Assembly (NCBI GenBank): GCA_041651055.1
Contig: JBAZJW010000001.1
Span: forward strand, 84,737-148,736
Length of the DNA stretch: 64,000 nucleotides
Reading direction: 5' to 3'
Source of the DNA: Minisyncoccota bacterium
Lineage (GTDB): Bacteria; Patescibacteriota; Minisyncoccia; Phycocordibacterales; UBA5272
This document shows, piece by piece, positions 9,714 to 18,285 of this stretch (position 1 is the stretch's first letter; every line of letters starts with the position of its first letter). The position numbers and the translations under genes were made by a program. Below the pieces are notes generated by a model. The model saw only the letters and a program-made list of their open reading frames with translations. It was not told the DNA's origin and ran no database searches.

Positions 9714-10097
9714 ATGTCCACCATCTTTTCGAAAATCATTGCTGGAGAAATACCTAGCTATAAAATCTACGAAGACGAGCATGTTTTTGCTTTTCTTGAT
9801 ATTAATCCTATGCAAAAAGGGCACACGCTCGTTGTGCCAAAAGTAGAAGTTGATAATCTTTTTGATTTAGACGAGGAAATGTACAGCTCTTTAATGTTAC
9901 GATCAAAAGATATCGCAAAACGTATGAAAGATACATTGGGATGTGCTCGAGTGTGTGTGGTTGTAGAAGGGTACGCTATTCCTCATGCACATGTGCATCT
10001 TATTCCTACGAATCAGGCGGACGATTTTGATAAAAAGAATGTGTATAGAGCGAGCGCTGAGGAATTAAAAGAAATGCAGGCTATACTTATCTCATAA
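9714..10097 (+). CDS. HIT-family (histidine triad) nucleotide hydrolase
   Basis: HIT motif HAHVHLIP and conserved MQKGHTLVVPK. Confidence 0.9.
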   Translation: MSTIFSKIIAGEIPSYKIYEDEHVFAFLDINPMQKGHTLVVPKVEVDNLFDLDEEMYSSLMLRSKDIAKRMKDTLGCARVCVVVEGYAIPHAHVHLIPTNQADDFDKKNVYRASAEELKEMQAILIS

Positions 10098-10453
10098 TGA
10101 ACTACGTACTTATTCGCATGGTTGCGGTTTTGATTGCAAGCTACGTCACGCACGTCGGCGTGATTCCTCTTGTCTTCACTGTCGAGACGGTGTGGGTGGC
10201 GCTTCTTGTAGCCATCATTTTGGCAGTGATAAATCACACTATCAAGCCACTCATTGATATTGTTACATTACCGATCAACTTCTTCACACTTGGACTTTTT
10301 TCATTCGTTATCAATGGACTAATGATACTTCTCGCTGGTAATATTGTGAATACATTTATTACAGGAGGTTTCGAAATCCCTTCACTGATTATGGCAGTGT
10401 GGTTCGCCATGGTTATGTCTGTAGTGAACTTCTTTCTTCATATTTTTGAATAA
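10097..10453 (+). CDS. DUF360 / holin-superfamily-IV-like small membrane protein
   Basis: 118 aa with 4 predicted TM helices. Start overlaps the HIT stop (TAATG). Resembles the YvlD/DUF360 family. Confidence 0.65.
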   Translation: MNYVLIRMVAVLIASYVTHVGVIPLVFTVETVWVALLVAIILAVINHTIKPLIDIVTLPINFFTLGLFSFVINGLMILLAGNIVNTFITGGFEIPSLIMAVWFAMVMSVVNFFLHIFE

Positions 10454-10458
10454 TCAAT

Positions 10459-11235
10459 ATGTGTAGACTTCTTGCTTTTTCTTTCAGAGAAAATACTCAC
10501 AAACAAAACAGATTAGACCTTCTTGATTCATTCAGAGAATTAGCTTGTACTGGTATCGTTCCTCGTGGACTGCCTTTAGGCCATCATGATGGATGGGGTT
10601 TGTCGGTGTATTCACAAAAAGAGGATGGACCTATTTCTTACAAATCAGTTTCTTCAGCACTTCATGATGAAGATTTTATTCCTTCAGAGTTTATTAAGGA
10701 TGAAATTTCTCAGAGCGGCCTTGTTCACCTTCGTAAAAAAAGTGTAGGAGAAAAATCTATTTTAAATACTCACCCCTTCACAGAAGGCGGTTTTTCTTTT
10801 ATTCATAATGGTACGGTAGAAAAAGGGGACGGGCCATACAAAGAACTTTCATCTCTCTGCGTCGGAGAAACAGACTCTGAAAAATTGTTTAGAAAATTTT
10901 TATCTCTACAAAAAGAGAGAAGCACACTTGATGCATATGTAGAAATGATTACTACAACAAAAGAGCTGTACCCAACATTCTCAGCACTGAATACCATCCT
11001 TCATGACGGCAAATACGTGTATGTATCTCGTGTGGTTAATACAGAAAATCCACTTTATATTTCTTTTGGACTTGAGAATTATTACACACTTTATATTGGT
11101 GCAAGCAAAGAAGGTGATTTAGTGGTTTCTTCTGAAAAGTGTGCATACAAAGACATTACATATTCTTTGCTTCCGAATAATTCAGTGTGTGTTATTGAGG
11201 TGGCAACAGGAGCTCAAACCTTAATTGCTTTGTAA
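10459..11235 (+). CDS. Class II (Ntn) glutamine amidotransferase domain protein, YafJ-like
   Basis: N-terminal Met-Cys nucleophile (MCRLLAFS). Conserved HNG/GTVE-type motifs of GATase_6/7. Confidence 0.75.
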   Translation: MCRLLAFSFRENTHKQNRLDLLDSFRELACTGIVPRGLPLGHHDGWGLSVYSQKEDGPISYKSVSSALHDEDFIPSEFIKDEISQSGLVHLRKKSVGEKSILNTHPFTEGGFSFIHNGTVEKGDGPYKELSSLCVGETDSEKLFRKFLSLQKERSTLDAYVEMITTTKELYPTFSALNTILHDGKYVYVSRVVNTENPLYISFGLENYYTLYIGASKEGDLVVSSEKCAYKDITYSLLPNNSVCVIEVATGAQTLIAL

Positions 11236-11241
11236 GACTTC

Positions 11242-11691
11242 TTACTTTACTTCTTCGTGAGCCTCTTGGATATCTTCTACGTCTTCCTGAATTTCGTCTA
11301 CATCTTTCTGGATCTCTTCGATATCTTCTTGAATTTCTTCGTGAGCCTCTTGGATATCTTCCACATCTTCTGCAATTTCTTCGACATCCTCTGCAATCTC
11401 TTCCACATCCTCCTGAATTTCATCAATATCTTTTTCAACATTCGCAATGGCGCGGGCCTGGTGATTCACAGAGAGTTGAATGAATATTGAAAGGTAAATA
11501 GCTTCAAGGGAAAGGATGGTTGTAAGCACAAGAAGGACAAGCTCAAACCGTATTCCAAAAAGAACAAGTGAAAAGGAAGTAATGAAAACAATGGTGTGAA
11601 TAATGAGTGACCATACAGACCCGACACCGCGAGTGATGGAAATAGCTGTATTTTCAAGCTTTTCTAGGGGGAATTTCTTCATAGTTTCCAC
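11242..11691 (-). CDS. DUF1003-like small membrane protein with acidic tandem-repeat tail (DIQEAHEEIQEDIEEIQ)n
   Basis: 2 TM helices, then an E/D/I/Q repeat tail encoded by 18/36-nt tandem repeats at 11245-11440. Confidence 0.7.
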   Translation of the reverse strand: METMKKFPLEKLENTAISITRGVGSVWSLIIHTIVFITSFSLVLFGIRFELVLLVLTTILSLEAIYLSIFIQLSVNHQARAIANVEKDIDEIQEDVEEIAEDVEEIAEDVEDIQEAHEEIQEDIEEIQKDVDEIQEDVEDIQEAHEEVK

Positions 11692-11719
11692 TATATCATG
11701 AAAGTGCTAGGATTAAGGC

Positions 11720-12847
11720 ATGATAGTACCAATAATCGCAGAGCTGGGAACTTTCCTTCTCTTTGCTATCGTGGGAGCAGGATATTTGATTTACTCATTA
11801 ACATTTTCTAAAAATTCTATGAACGGAGAAACTAAAACAAAGGCACTCGATGTCTTTATGTATCTCGGTATTGGTATTACGCTTGTCGTGAGTGTGTACA
11901 ACTTATTGCAAATTGTTTTTACCGCAATTGATCGCAAATTCGCAGATGTGCTGAATGCGTCAACGTATGTAGATATGTACAACAGTGATGTGCGCTTCGC
12001 CATCTCAGCGCTTGTGGTCATGTATCCAATATATCTTTTACTTTCATGGTATGTTGCGAAAGATATCGCCAAGTTTTTGTACAAGCGTGATCTTACGGTT
12101 CGTAAGGTGATGATTTACACAACAATATTCGTAACGGTATGTACACTTATTGGTACGCTTATCTCAATTATTTACACATACTTGGGTGGAGAGCTTTCTG
12201 TGAGATTCGCCTACAAAGCACTCGCAGTGTTCGTGCTTTCTGCTGGTGTATTCGGTTACTATTTCTATTCTGTACGTCGTGACTATGCAAAGAAGAGTTT
12301 AGTCCCAATGCTCATGACTATTATTGCAACTGTTGTGGTCATTGCATCACTTGTTTGGAGTATTTCAATTGTAGGAACACCGTCTGAGATGCGTGCCAAG
12401 CGATTGGATAGTACACGTCTTTCAGATATCTCTTCTGTGCAGCAGCAAGTTCTGAATCGTTTCCAGAATACCGATAAATTGCCTGTAACATTATCTGAAC
12501 TGAATAATGCCTTTCAAGGATACGCTGTTCCTGTTGATCCAGTAACAAAAACAGAATACGGCTATAAGGTAATCCAGCAGCCAACAATGAAGGTGAATTA
12601 TGCAACCAATAAAAAAGAAATGGCAACAAATGCTATCTTTGAATTGTGTGCCACATTTGAAACAGTGCGAGATGTAACAGGCCAAGGAGGTGTAAGCTAT
12701 TCAAAAGGTGTCGCCTCACCAATGGATGCGTCCTTCCTTGTTTCAAATATGTACTATGATGGAGACATGACACCTTTCTGGAATCATGGGGTGGGGGAGA
12801 CGTGCTTTAAACGTATTATCACTCCCGATATGTACTATGGGAAATAG
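11720..12847 (+). CDS. Hypothetical membrane protein (N-terminal polytopic domain of about 220 aa plus soluble C-terminal domain)
   Basis: Multiple hydrophobic helices at aa 1-215. No recognisable catalytic motif. Confidence 0.7.
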   Translation: MIVPIIAELGTFLLFAIVGAGYLIYSLTFSKNSMNGETKTKALDVFMYLGIGITLVVSVYNLLQIVFTAIDRKFADVLNASTYVDMYNSDVRFAISALVVMYPIYLLLSWYVAKDIAKFLYKRDLTVRKVMIYTTIFVTVCTLIGTLISIIYTYLGGELSVRFAYKALAVFVLSAGVFGYYFYSVRRDYAKKSLVPMLMTIIATVVVIASLVWSISIVGTPSEMRAKRLDSTRLSDISSVQQQVLNRFQNTDKLPVTLSELNNAFQGYAVPVDPVTKTEYGYKVIQQPTMKVNYATNKKEMATNAIFELCATFETVRDVTGQGGVSYSKGVASPMDASFLVSNMYYDGDMTPFWNHGVGETCFKRIITPDMYYGK

Positions 12848-12850
12848 TCT

Positions 12851-12960
12851 TTAAATTGTTTATCTGCTTTGTTGCGAAGAATTTTTACTCCACGCAACGT
12901 ACTATTCGTACGTTTTGGTCGTAAAAATTCTTCGCGCCTCGCATCTAAAACAATTAAAAA
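12851..12960. repeat. Nested inverted repeats. Outer GCGAAGAATTTTTAC/GTAAAAATTCTTCGC (12874-12888 and 12921-12935), inner AACGTAC-tattc-GTACGTT.
   Basis: 15-bp perfect outer stem and 7-bp inner hairpin read directly. AATTGTT/AACAATT flank. Confidence 0.75.
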
Positions 12961-12996
12961 CCTATTTTAGGGAGTTTTGTGGGAATAATAGGAATA

Positions 12997-13030
12997 CCAA
13001 AGAGCGGCCACGAAGTGGCCGCTCTTTGCT
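12997..13030. repeat. REP-like palindrome ACCAAAGAGCGGCCAC-gaa-GTGGCCGCTCTTTGCT
   Basis: Same family as the 3855, 18104 and 27246 elements. Confidence 0.8.
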
Positions 13031-13106
13031 ATGTACACCATTACCTTAACGTGGTAATGTTTTAGACAATACGTTCCTTTATTATTGTGAAAACAGCATG
13101 TGCAAC

Positions 13107-13250
13107 GTAGTCACAGCGATAAGTAGTATATCGGCAAAGTGTCAGCAAGGTGACACCTTACCAGCTTACAAGGCGAGGCCTTGTAGTTTACATAGGGCCA
13201 CCCTATGTAAACAAAAAAGGAAAGATAGAATATTTATCGCTGTGACTACT
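13107..13250 (+). ncRNA. Candidate structured 5' leader or MITE-like element. A 16/17-bp long-range inverted repeat (AGTAGTCACAGCGATAA) encloses three consecutive hairpins.
   Basis: Hairpins GTGTCA-gcaagg-TGACAC, CAAGGC-gag-GCCTTG and GTTTACATAGG-gccac-CCTATGTAAAC. About 40 nt upstream of a gene that has a strong AAGGAG ribosome-binding site. Overlapped by an 81-aa ORF (13098-13343) that is probably spurious. Confidence 0.45.
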
Positions 13251-13288
13251 AGACATTTGTATCAAGTACGCAGCACAAGGAGAAAACC

Positions 13289-13906
13289 ATGGCCATGCCT
13301 GTGGAAAACCTTACCCGTCAAGACCGAAAGGTTCTGGCAATAATCATGGAACATTTGCCACTTTCCATGTTGTCAAAAGAGGAGAAGCAAGCCATTATTG
13401 CTCATCCGGCGGATTCGATGGAATGGATTGCGAACCAGATGATCATTTATGCAGGTCATTCGAAGGTTCAGACTGCCGTGAGAAATCACACCATTGACTG
13501 TACCGTCAACCCTTCAACCATCATTGGCTTTACGGTTCATAGTCACCGTAAGCTAGGTAGGTTTCTATGGGATAAAGACAAGTTTGCTGATGAGAAGTTT
13601 CTCTATCTGTCCGAAGGACAGAAATGTTTCCTTAGCACCAAAGGCACAGAGCTTTACGAGGAGTTGAAAGGCAAGCCCGTCATGAACGCATGCGTTTCCG
13701 ACTGGCTGCTCGCCAACCCCGAGCAAATTCCTGAATCTTGGGCTGCTAAAGAGGTTTTTTTCTGGGGTACGATTTACCGGGACTCAGGAAATCCTAAGGC
13801 CCTGTATGTACGTTATCTCTACTGGAACGGCGCGGAGTTTGCTATCGACTACCGCTGGCTCGATCGTTTATGGGATGATGAAGACCCTGCGCTTCTCTAC
13901 AAGTAG
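13289..13906 (+). CDS. Hypothetical protein (205 aa) in a GC-rich islet
   Basis: AAGGAG ribosome-binding site 7 nt upstream. Local GC visibly higher than the flanks. No recognisable domain. Confidence 0.6.
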   Translation: MAMPVENLTRQDRKVLAIIMEHLPLSMLSKEEKQAIIAHPADSMEWIANQMIIYAGHSKVQTAVRNHTIDCTVNPSTIIGFTVHSHRKLGRFLWDKDKFADEKFLYLSEGQKCFLSTKGTELYEELKGKPVMNACVSDWLLANPEQIPESWAAKEVFFWGTIYRDSGNPKALYVRYLYWNGAEFAIDYRWLDRLWDDEDPALLYK

Positions 13907-14118
13907 GGCTTTGGCTTTTGAGTCATAGTTTGTACGTATGTGCATCTTGATTCTTCGTTCTTTGTTTCTTCTGTCCGTGTACCACAGCGATGTGGTGTGC
14001 GGGCTTTTTTATATACAAAAAGACAAAATGTCTTGAATACAGGAATTAGAGCTCTTTCGTATTTCTCTAAACTCTCACCCCTTAACTCTGAGCTCTTTTC
14101 CTGATAGTATAGAGATAT

Positions 14119-16986
14119 ATGAATCCTTACGACCACCTAAGCACAGAAAAATATTGGAGAGATAAATGGGAAGCAGATAAGGTGTACAAAACAGATACAC
14201 ATAGTTCCAAGCCGACATTCTTCGGTCTGGTAGAATTTCCGTATCCATCTGGTGCAGGGCTACATGTCGGTCACGTGAGAAGCTACACAGGAATGGATGT
14301 CATTGTTCGTAAACGACGAATGGAGGGCAATGAGACACTGTTCCCGATAGGATGGGACGCTTTTGGTCTTCCAGCAGAAAACTTTGCTCTTAAAACAGGA
14401 ATTCATCCGTCTATTACGACACGTGAAAATATAAACACCTTCCGTGAACAATTGAAAGATTGCGGATTTTCTTTCGATTGGGATAGAGAGGTGGATACAA
14501 CCGACCCCACATACTACAAGTGGACTCAGTGGATTTTCTTAAAGCTTTATGAAAAAGGTTTAGCGTACAAAAAGCAGATGCCTGTCAATTGGTGTCCAAA
14601 AGATAAATGCGTACTTGCCAACGAAGAAGTGGTGGACGGTAAATGTGAACGCTGCGGCACTCCTGCTGAAAAGAGAAACAAAGAACAGTGGATGCTCGCT
14701 ATCACAAAGTATGCTGAACGATTGGACAAAGATTTGGACGATACGACATTCTTGGAAAGAATAAAGATTCAACAGCGAAATTGGATTGGCATGTCTGAAG
14801 GAAGTGAAATAGATTTTAAACTAACAACCGGTGATTCATTTACGGTGTACACCACACGCGCAGATACGCTTTTTGGTTGTACATACTGTGTACTTGCGCC
14901 AGAGCATTCCCTTGTGAAGCAATTACTTGCAAATGGTCAGATAAAAAATAAAGAAGAAGTAGAAACGTATGTTGCAGAAGCTGTACAAAAAATAGACATT
15001 GACCGATCTGCTGAAGGAAAAGAAAAAACAGGAGTGAAATTAGAAGGAGTCATGGCGATAAATCCTGCGAATCAAAAAGAGGTGCCAGTATTTATTGCAG
15101 ACTACGTGCTCGCGACCTATGGAACAGGGGCTATCATGGCAGTACCAGCGCATGATGAACGTGATGGAGAATTTGCAAAGAGGTATGGAATTGAAATAAA
15201 AGAAGTGATCGCTCCATATCATAGAGATGAGGGAGAAGATGCTGCCCGAGAAGGTTTTGAGACATTGTATCGTAAAGTTGTTGATGTAATTCTTGAAAAC
15301 GATAAAGGTCAATTTATGCTTGTCACTGATAATAAAGGTGAATCTTTCGAATCGGTGCATTTTATTGGTGGAGGGGTTGAAAAAGGAGACACGGAAATTG
15401 AATCTATTTACAAAGAAGTACGAGAAGAAAGTGGCTATACAGATATAGAATTAGTTGGAGATAAGTTTTTTCCAAAGTCTGGAACAGGTTTTAGACATAC
15501 CAAGCAGAAGAACCAGGAAACCTTTGGGTTCTTTTATCATGCACGATTGAAATCAGAAGATAAAGTCCACTGTGAAGTAGATGACGGGCTTCATGAAGTC
15601 GGATGGTATGACAAAGATAAAATTGCAGACCTCATAACTTGGTCACATCATAAAGCTGCATGGCTTCAATTCTTAAGCAAAGATAAAAATATTTTTACCG
15701 GTGATGGAATGCTTGTTGACTCAGGTACGTTTGAAGGTCTTAAAAGTGCTGAAGCTCGCATAAAAATAACTGAAGCCGTTGGTGGACGACTCGTAAAGAA
15801 ATCAAAACTTCGTGATTGGGTTTTCGCACGTCAGAGATATTGGGGTGAACCGATTCCTCTTGTCTACGATAAAAGCGGAAAGATGTATCCGGTAGCAATG
15901 AGCGAACTTCCGGTCACACTTCCTCAGGTTGAAAAATATGAGCCAACAGATAATGGTGAGTCACCACTTTCTCACGTAACTGATTGGGTCAATGTAAAAG
16001 GAAAAATTGACGATGCTGGATATTTTCACACAGATAAAGATGGTGAAGAATTTCGTCGTGAGACAGACACTATGCCTCAGTGGGCGGGGTCTTCATGGTA
16101 CTTCATGCGCTACATTGATCCACGAAATGATACAGCTATTGGGGATAAAGAAATGTTGATGAAGTGGTTGCCTGTCACATGGTACAACGGTGGCATGGAA
16201 CACACGACACTTCACTTATTGTATTCTCGTTTTTGGTATAAGTTTTTATTTGATATCGGACTTACTCCGACAAGCGAACCGTATATCAAGCGCACGTCTC
16301 AGGGAATGATTCTTGGCACAGGAGGTGTAAAGATGAGTAAATCACTCGGTAACGTCATTAATCCAGACGTCATTGTGAAAAAGTTTGGAGCAGACACACT
16401 TCGTATGTACGAAATGTTTATTGGTCCATTTGATCAGGCTGTAGCATGGGATGATAAGTCTGTCATCGGCATACGAAGATTTGTTGATAGAGTGTATGCT
16501 ATTAAAGATAAGGTTACAGACACCGGTGCGACGCTTTCTATTACACATAAGACTGTGAAAAAGGTGGGAATTGATATTGAGGCCATGGCATTTAATACTG
16601 CCATCTCATCGCTCATGATTTGTCTTAATGAATATGAAAAAGAAGACATCTTACCAAAGAATGACTTCAAAATGTTCATAAAAGTACTCGCACCTTTTGC
16701 ACCTTTTGTCGCAGAAGAGCTTTGGAAGTCACTCGGTGAAGTGTCTTCTGTTCACAAAGAAAGCTGGCCAGTATATGATGAGTCAAAATTAGTAAATGAC
16801 GAAGTTACGTACGTTCTTCAAGTTAACGGCAAGCTTCGCGGGGAAATAGTTCTTTCAAAGGATACAGCTAAAGAAGATGTGCTGAAAGCCGTAAAAAGCC
16901 TTGATGGGTATGAGAAATATGTCGGAGGGGAGATTCCGAAGAAGGAGATTTTTATTCCCGGTAAGTTGGTAAATATCGTGATTTGA
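14119..16986 (+). CDS. leuS: Leucyl-tRNA synthetase with an inserted Nudix hydrolase domain of about 160 aa
   Basis: HIGH (HVGHVRSY) and KMSKS motifs, CP1 editing region (TTRADT), anticodon-binding C-terminus. A Nudix box GGGVEKGDTEIESIYKEVREESGY lies between EFAKRYG..IAP and IFTGDG, nt about 15211-15693. Confidence 0.93.
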   Translation: MNPYDHLSTEKYWRDKWEADKVYKTDTHSSKPTFFGLVEFPYPSGAGLHVGHVRSYTGMDVIVRKRRMEGNETLFPIGWDAFGLPAENFALKTGIHPSITTRENINTFREQLKDCGFSFDWDREVDTTDPTYYKWTQWIFLKLYEKGLAYKKQMPVNWCPKDKCVLANEEVVDGKCERCGTPAEKRNKEQWMLAITKYAERLDKDLDDTTFLERIKIQQRNWIGMSEGSEIDFKLTTGDSFTVYTTRADTLFGCTYCVLAPEHSLVKQLLANGQIKNKEEVETYVAEAVQKIDIDRSAEGKEKTGVKLEGVMAINPANQKEVPVFIADYVLATYGTGAIMAVPAHDERDGEFAKRYGIEIKEVIAPYHRDEGEDAAREGFETLYRKVVDVILENDKGQFMLVTDNKGESFESVHFIGGGVEKGDTEIESIYKEVREESGYTDIELVGDKFFPKSGTGFRHTKQKNQETFGFFYHARLKSEDKVHCEVDDGLHEVGWYDKDKIADLITWSHHKAAWLQFLSKDKNIFTGDGMLVDSGTFEGLKSAEARIKITEAVGGRLVKKSKLRDWVFARQRYWGEPIPLVYDKSGKMYPVAMSELPVTLPQVEKYEPTDNGESPLSHVTDWVNVKGKIDDAGYFHTDKDGEEFRRETDTMPQWAGSSWYFMRYIDPRNDTAIGDKEMLMKWLPVTWYNGGMEHTTLHLLYSRFWYKFLFDIGLTPTSEPYIKRTSQGMILGTGGVKMSKSLGNVINPDVIVKKFGADTLRMYEMFIGPFDQAVAWDDKSVIGIRRFVDRVYAIKDKVTDTGATLSITHKTVKKVGIDIEAMAFNTAISSLMICLNEYEKEDILPKNDFKMFIKVLAPFAPFVAEELWKSLGEVSSVHKESWPVYDESKLVNDEVTYVLQVNGKLRGEIVLSKDTAKEDVLKAVKSLDGYEKYVGGEIPKKEIFIPGKLVNIVI

Positions 16987-17032
16987 CGTTTTTGGCAAAT
17001 TATAGTACAATAGTATCTACTACGTAATACAT

Positions 17033-18061
17033 ATGTCTGGAATCACTTTCAAACCTAAGGCAGTTTCTAAGAAACTTTTGACCACACTTAATCCACGAAC
17101 TCGCGAGATCGTGGTTAATCGTTATGGTTTGGAAAAGGAGAACCGGATGACTCTTGAGGCCATCGGAAAGACCTATGACATTACCCGCGAACGTGTTCGC
17201 CAGATCGAAAACTTTGCCCTTGCTTCTATCAAGAAGTCAAAAGAATACAAAGAACACCTCTTTGTCTTCGAAGAACTAAAGTCTATTATCAAGGAGCTTG
17301 GTTCTGTCGTTTCAGAAGACCATCTCATGCGTCACATCTCGAAAGATCCTGTTATTCAGAATCACATCAACCTTTACCTTGCTCTCGGAGAAGAATTCAA
17401 GAAGCACAAAGAAGATGATAATTTCCAAGCACACTTCGCTATCGACGAAAAGACAGCAAGTCATGTACGTGATGCGCTTACGAAGCTTTACAGTTCAATT
17501 AATGAAGAAGACCTTGTCAGTGAAGAAGAGATTTTTGATCGTTTTAATAATCACCTCACAGAACTTGTTACGGAATACAAAGACAATAAAGAAGTTATCA
17601 AGCGATACCTCGCACTTTCAAAAGTAATCGGCAAGAATCAGCTTAGTGAATGGGGTCGTACCTCATCTCCACATGTAAAAGCTCGTGGTATCAAGGATTA
17701 TGCATACCTTATTATGCGTCGTGCTGGTCGTCCTATGCACTTCAAGGAAGTTGCGGCAGAAATCAACAAGACATTTGGTAAGAAAGCACACGTAGCTACT
17801 TGTCACAATGAACTCATTAAGGATTCTCGTTTTGTCCTTGTGGGTCGCGGTATGTACGGGCTTAAAGATTGGGGTCACACAGGAGGTGTTGTCCGTGATG
17901 TTATTAAAGAAGTTCTCAAAGAAGCGGGTCGTCCACTTCCAAAGGACGAAGTTATCAAGCGAGTTCTTGCAAAACGTATCGTTAAACCAAACACTGTCCT
18001 CGTAAATCTCCAGAATGCAAAATATTTCAGAAAAGTAGTAGGGGAGTATACGCTTGCATAA
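17033..18061 (+). CDS. Sigma-70 region-4 domain protein (sigma-like, lacking region 2) with a C-terminal winged-helix-like domain
   Basis: LNPRTREIVVNRYGL..MTLEAIGKTYDITRERVRQIENFAL matches the region-4 HTH. No region 2.1-2.4 is present. Confidence 0.7.
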   Translation: MSGITFKPKAVSKKLLTTLNPRTREIVVNRYGLEKENRMTLEAIGKTYDITRERVRQIENFALASIKKSKEYKEHLFVFEELKSIIKELGSVVSEDHLMRHISKDPVIQNHINLYLALGEEFKKHKEDDNFQAHFAIDEKTASHVRDALTKLYSSINEEDLVSEEEIFDRFNNHLTELVTEYKDNKEVIKRYLALSKVIGKNQLSEWGRTSSPHVKARGIKDYAYLIMRRAGRPMHFKEVAAEINKTFGKKAHVATCHNELIKDSRFVLVGRGMYGLKDWGHTGGVVRDVIKEVLKEAGRPLPKDEVIKRVLAKRIVKPNTVLVNLQNAKYFRKVVGEYTLA

Positions 18062-18065
18062 GCAA

Positions 18066-18095
18066 AGTTTTTAGTTTCCAGTTTTTAGTTTTTAG
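18066..18095. repeat. AGTTTTTAGTTT tract, the reverse complement of the ACTAAAAACTGGAAACTAAAAACT motif found at 39005
   Basis: Near-identical 30-mer in opposite orientation at 39005-39035. Confidence 0.75.
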
Positions 18096-18103
18096 ATAAA
18101 GCA

Positions 18104-18168
18104 AAATACAAAGAGCGGCCACGATTTATCCTGAGCTTGTCGAAGGAAGTGGCTGCTCCTTGTATTTT
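18104..18168. repeat. REP-like element with an enlarged loop: AAATACAAAGAGCGGCCAC ... GTGGCTGCTCCTTGTATTTT
   Basis: Same arms as the other family members, with a 26-nt loop. Confidence 0.75.
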
Positions 18169-18285
18169 CTATCACCTCTGACCTAAAAACTCCAACCTGC
18201 CCATAATACTTTTCCCTATTTTTTTTCTACCCGAAGTGGTATTCTTTTACTATGATGATATCACTGCGAGGTGATGTGAATATCT

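Noticed and set aside
10097-10453. DUF360 protein as a phage holin marking a prophage
   Set aside because: No adjacent endolysin, capsid, terminase or integrase genes. It is co-oriented and translationally coupled with housekeeping HIT and GATase genes.
13098-13343. 81-aa ORF overlapping the structured region and the start of the 13289 gene
   Set aside because: It is composed of palindromic hairpin sequence, has no ribosome-binding site, and overlaps the strongly supported AAGGAG-ATG gene in another frame.
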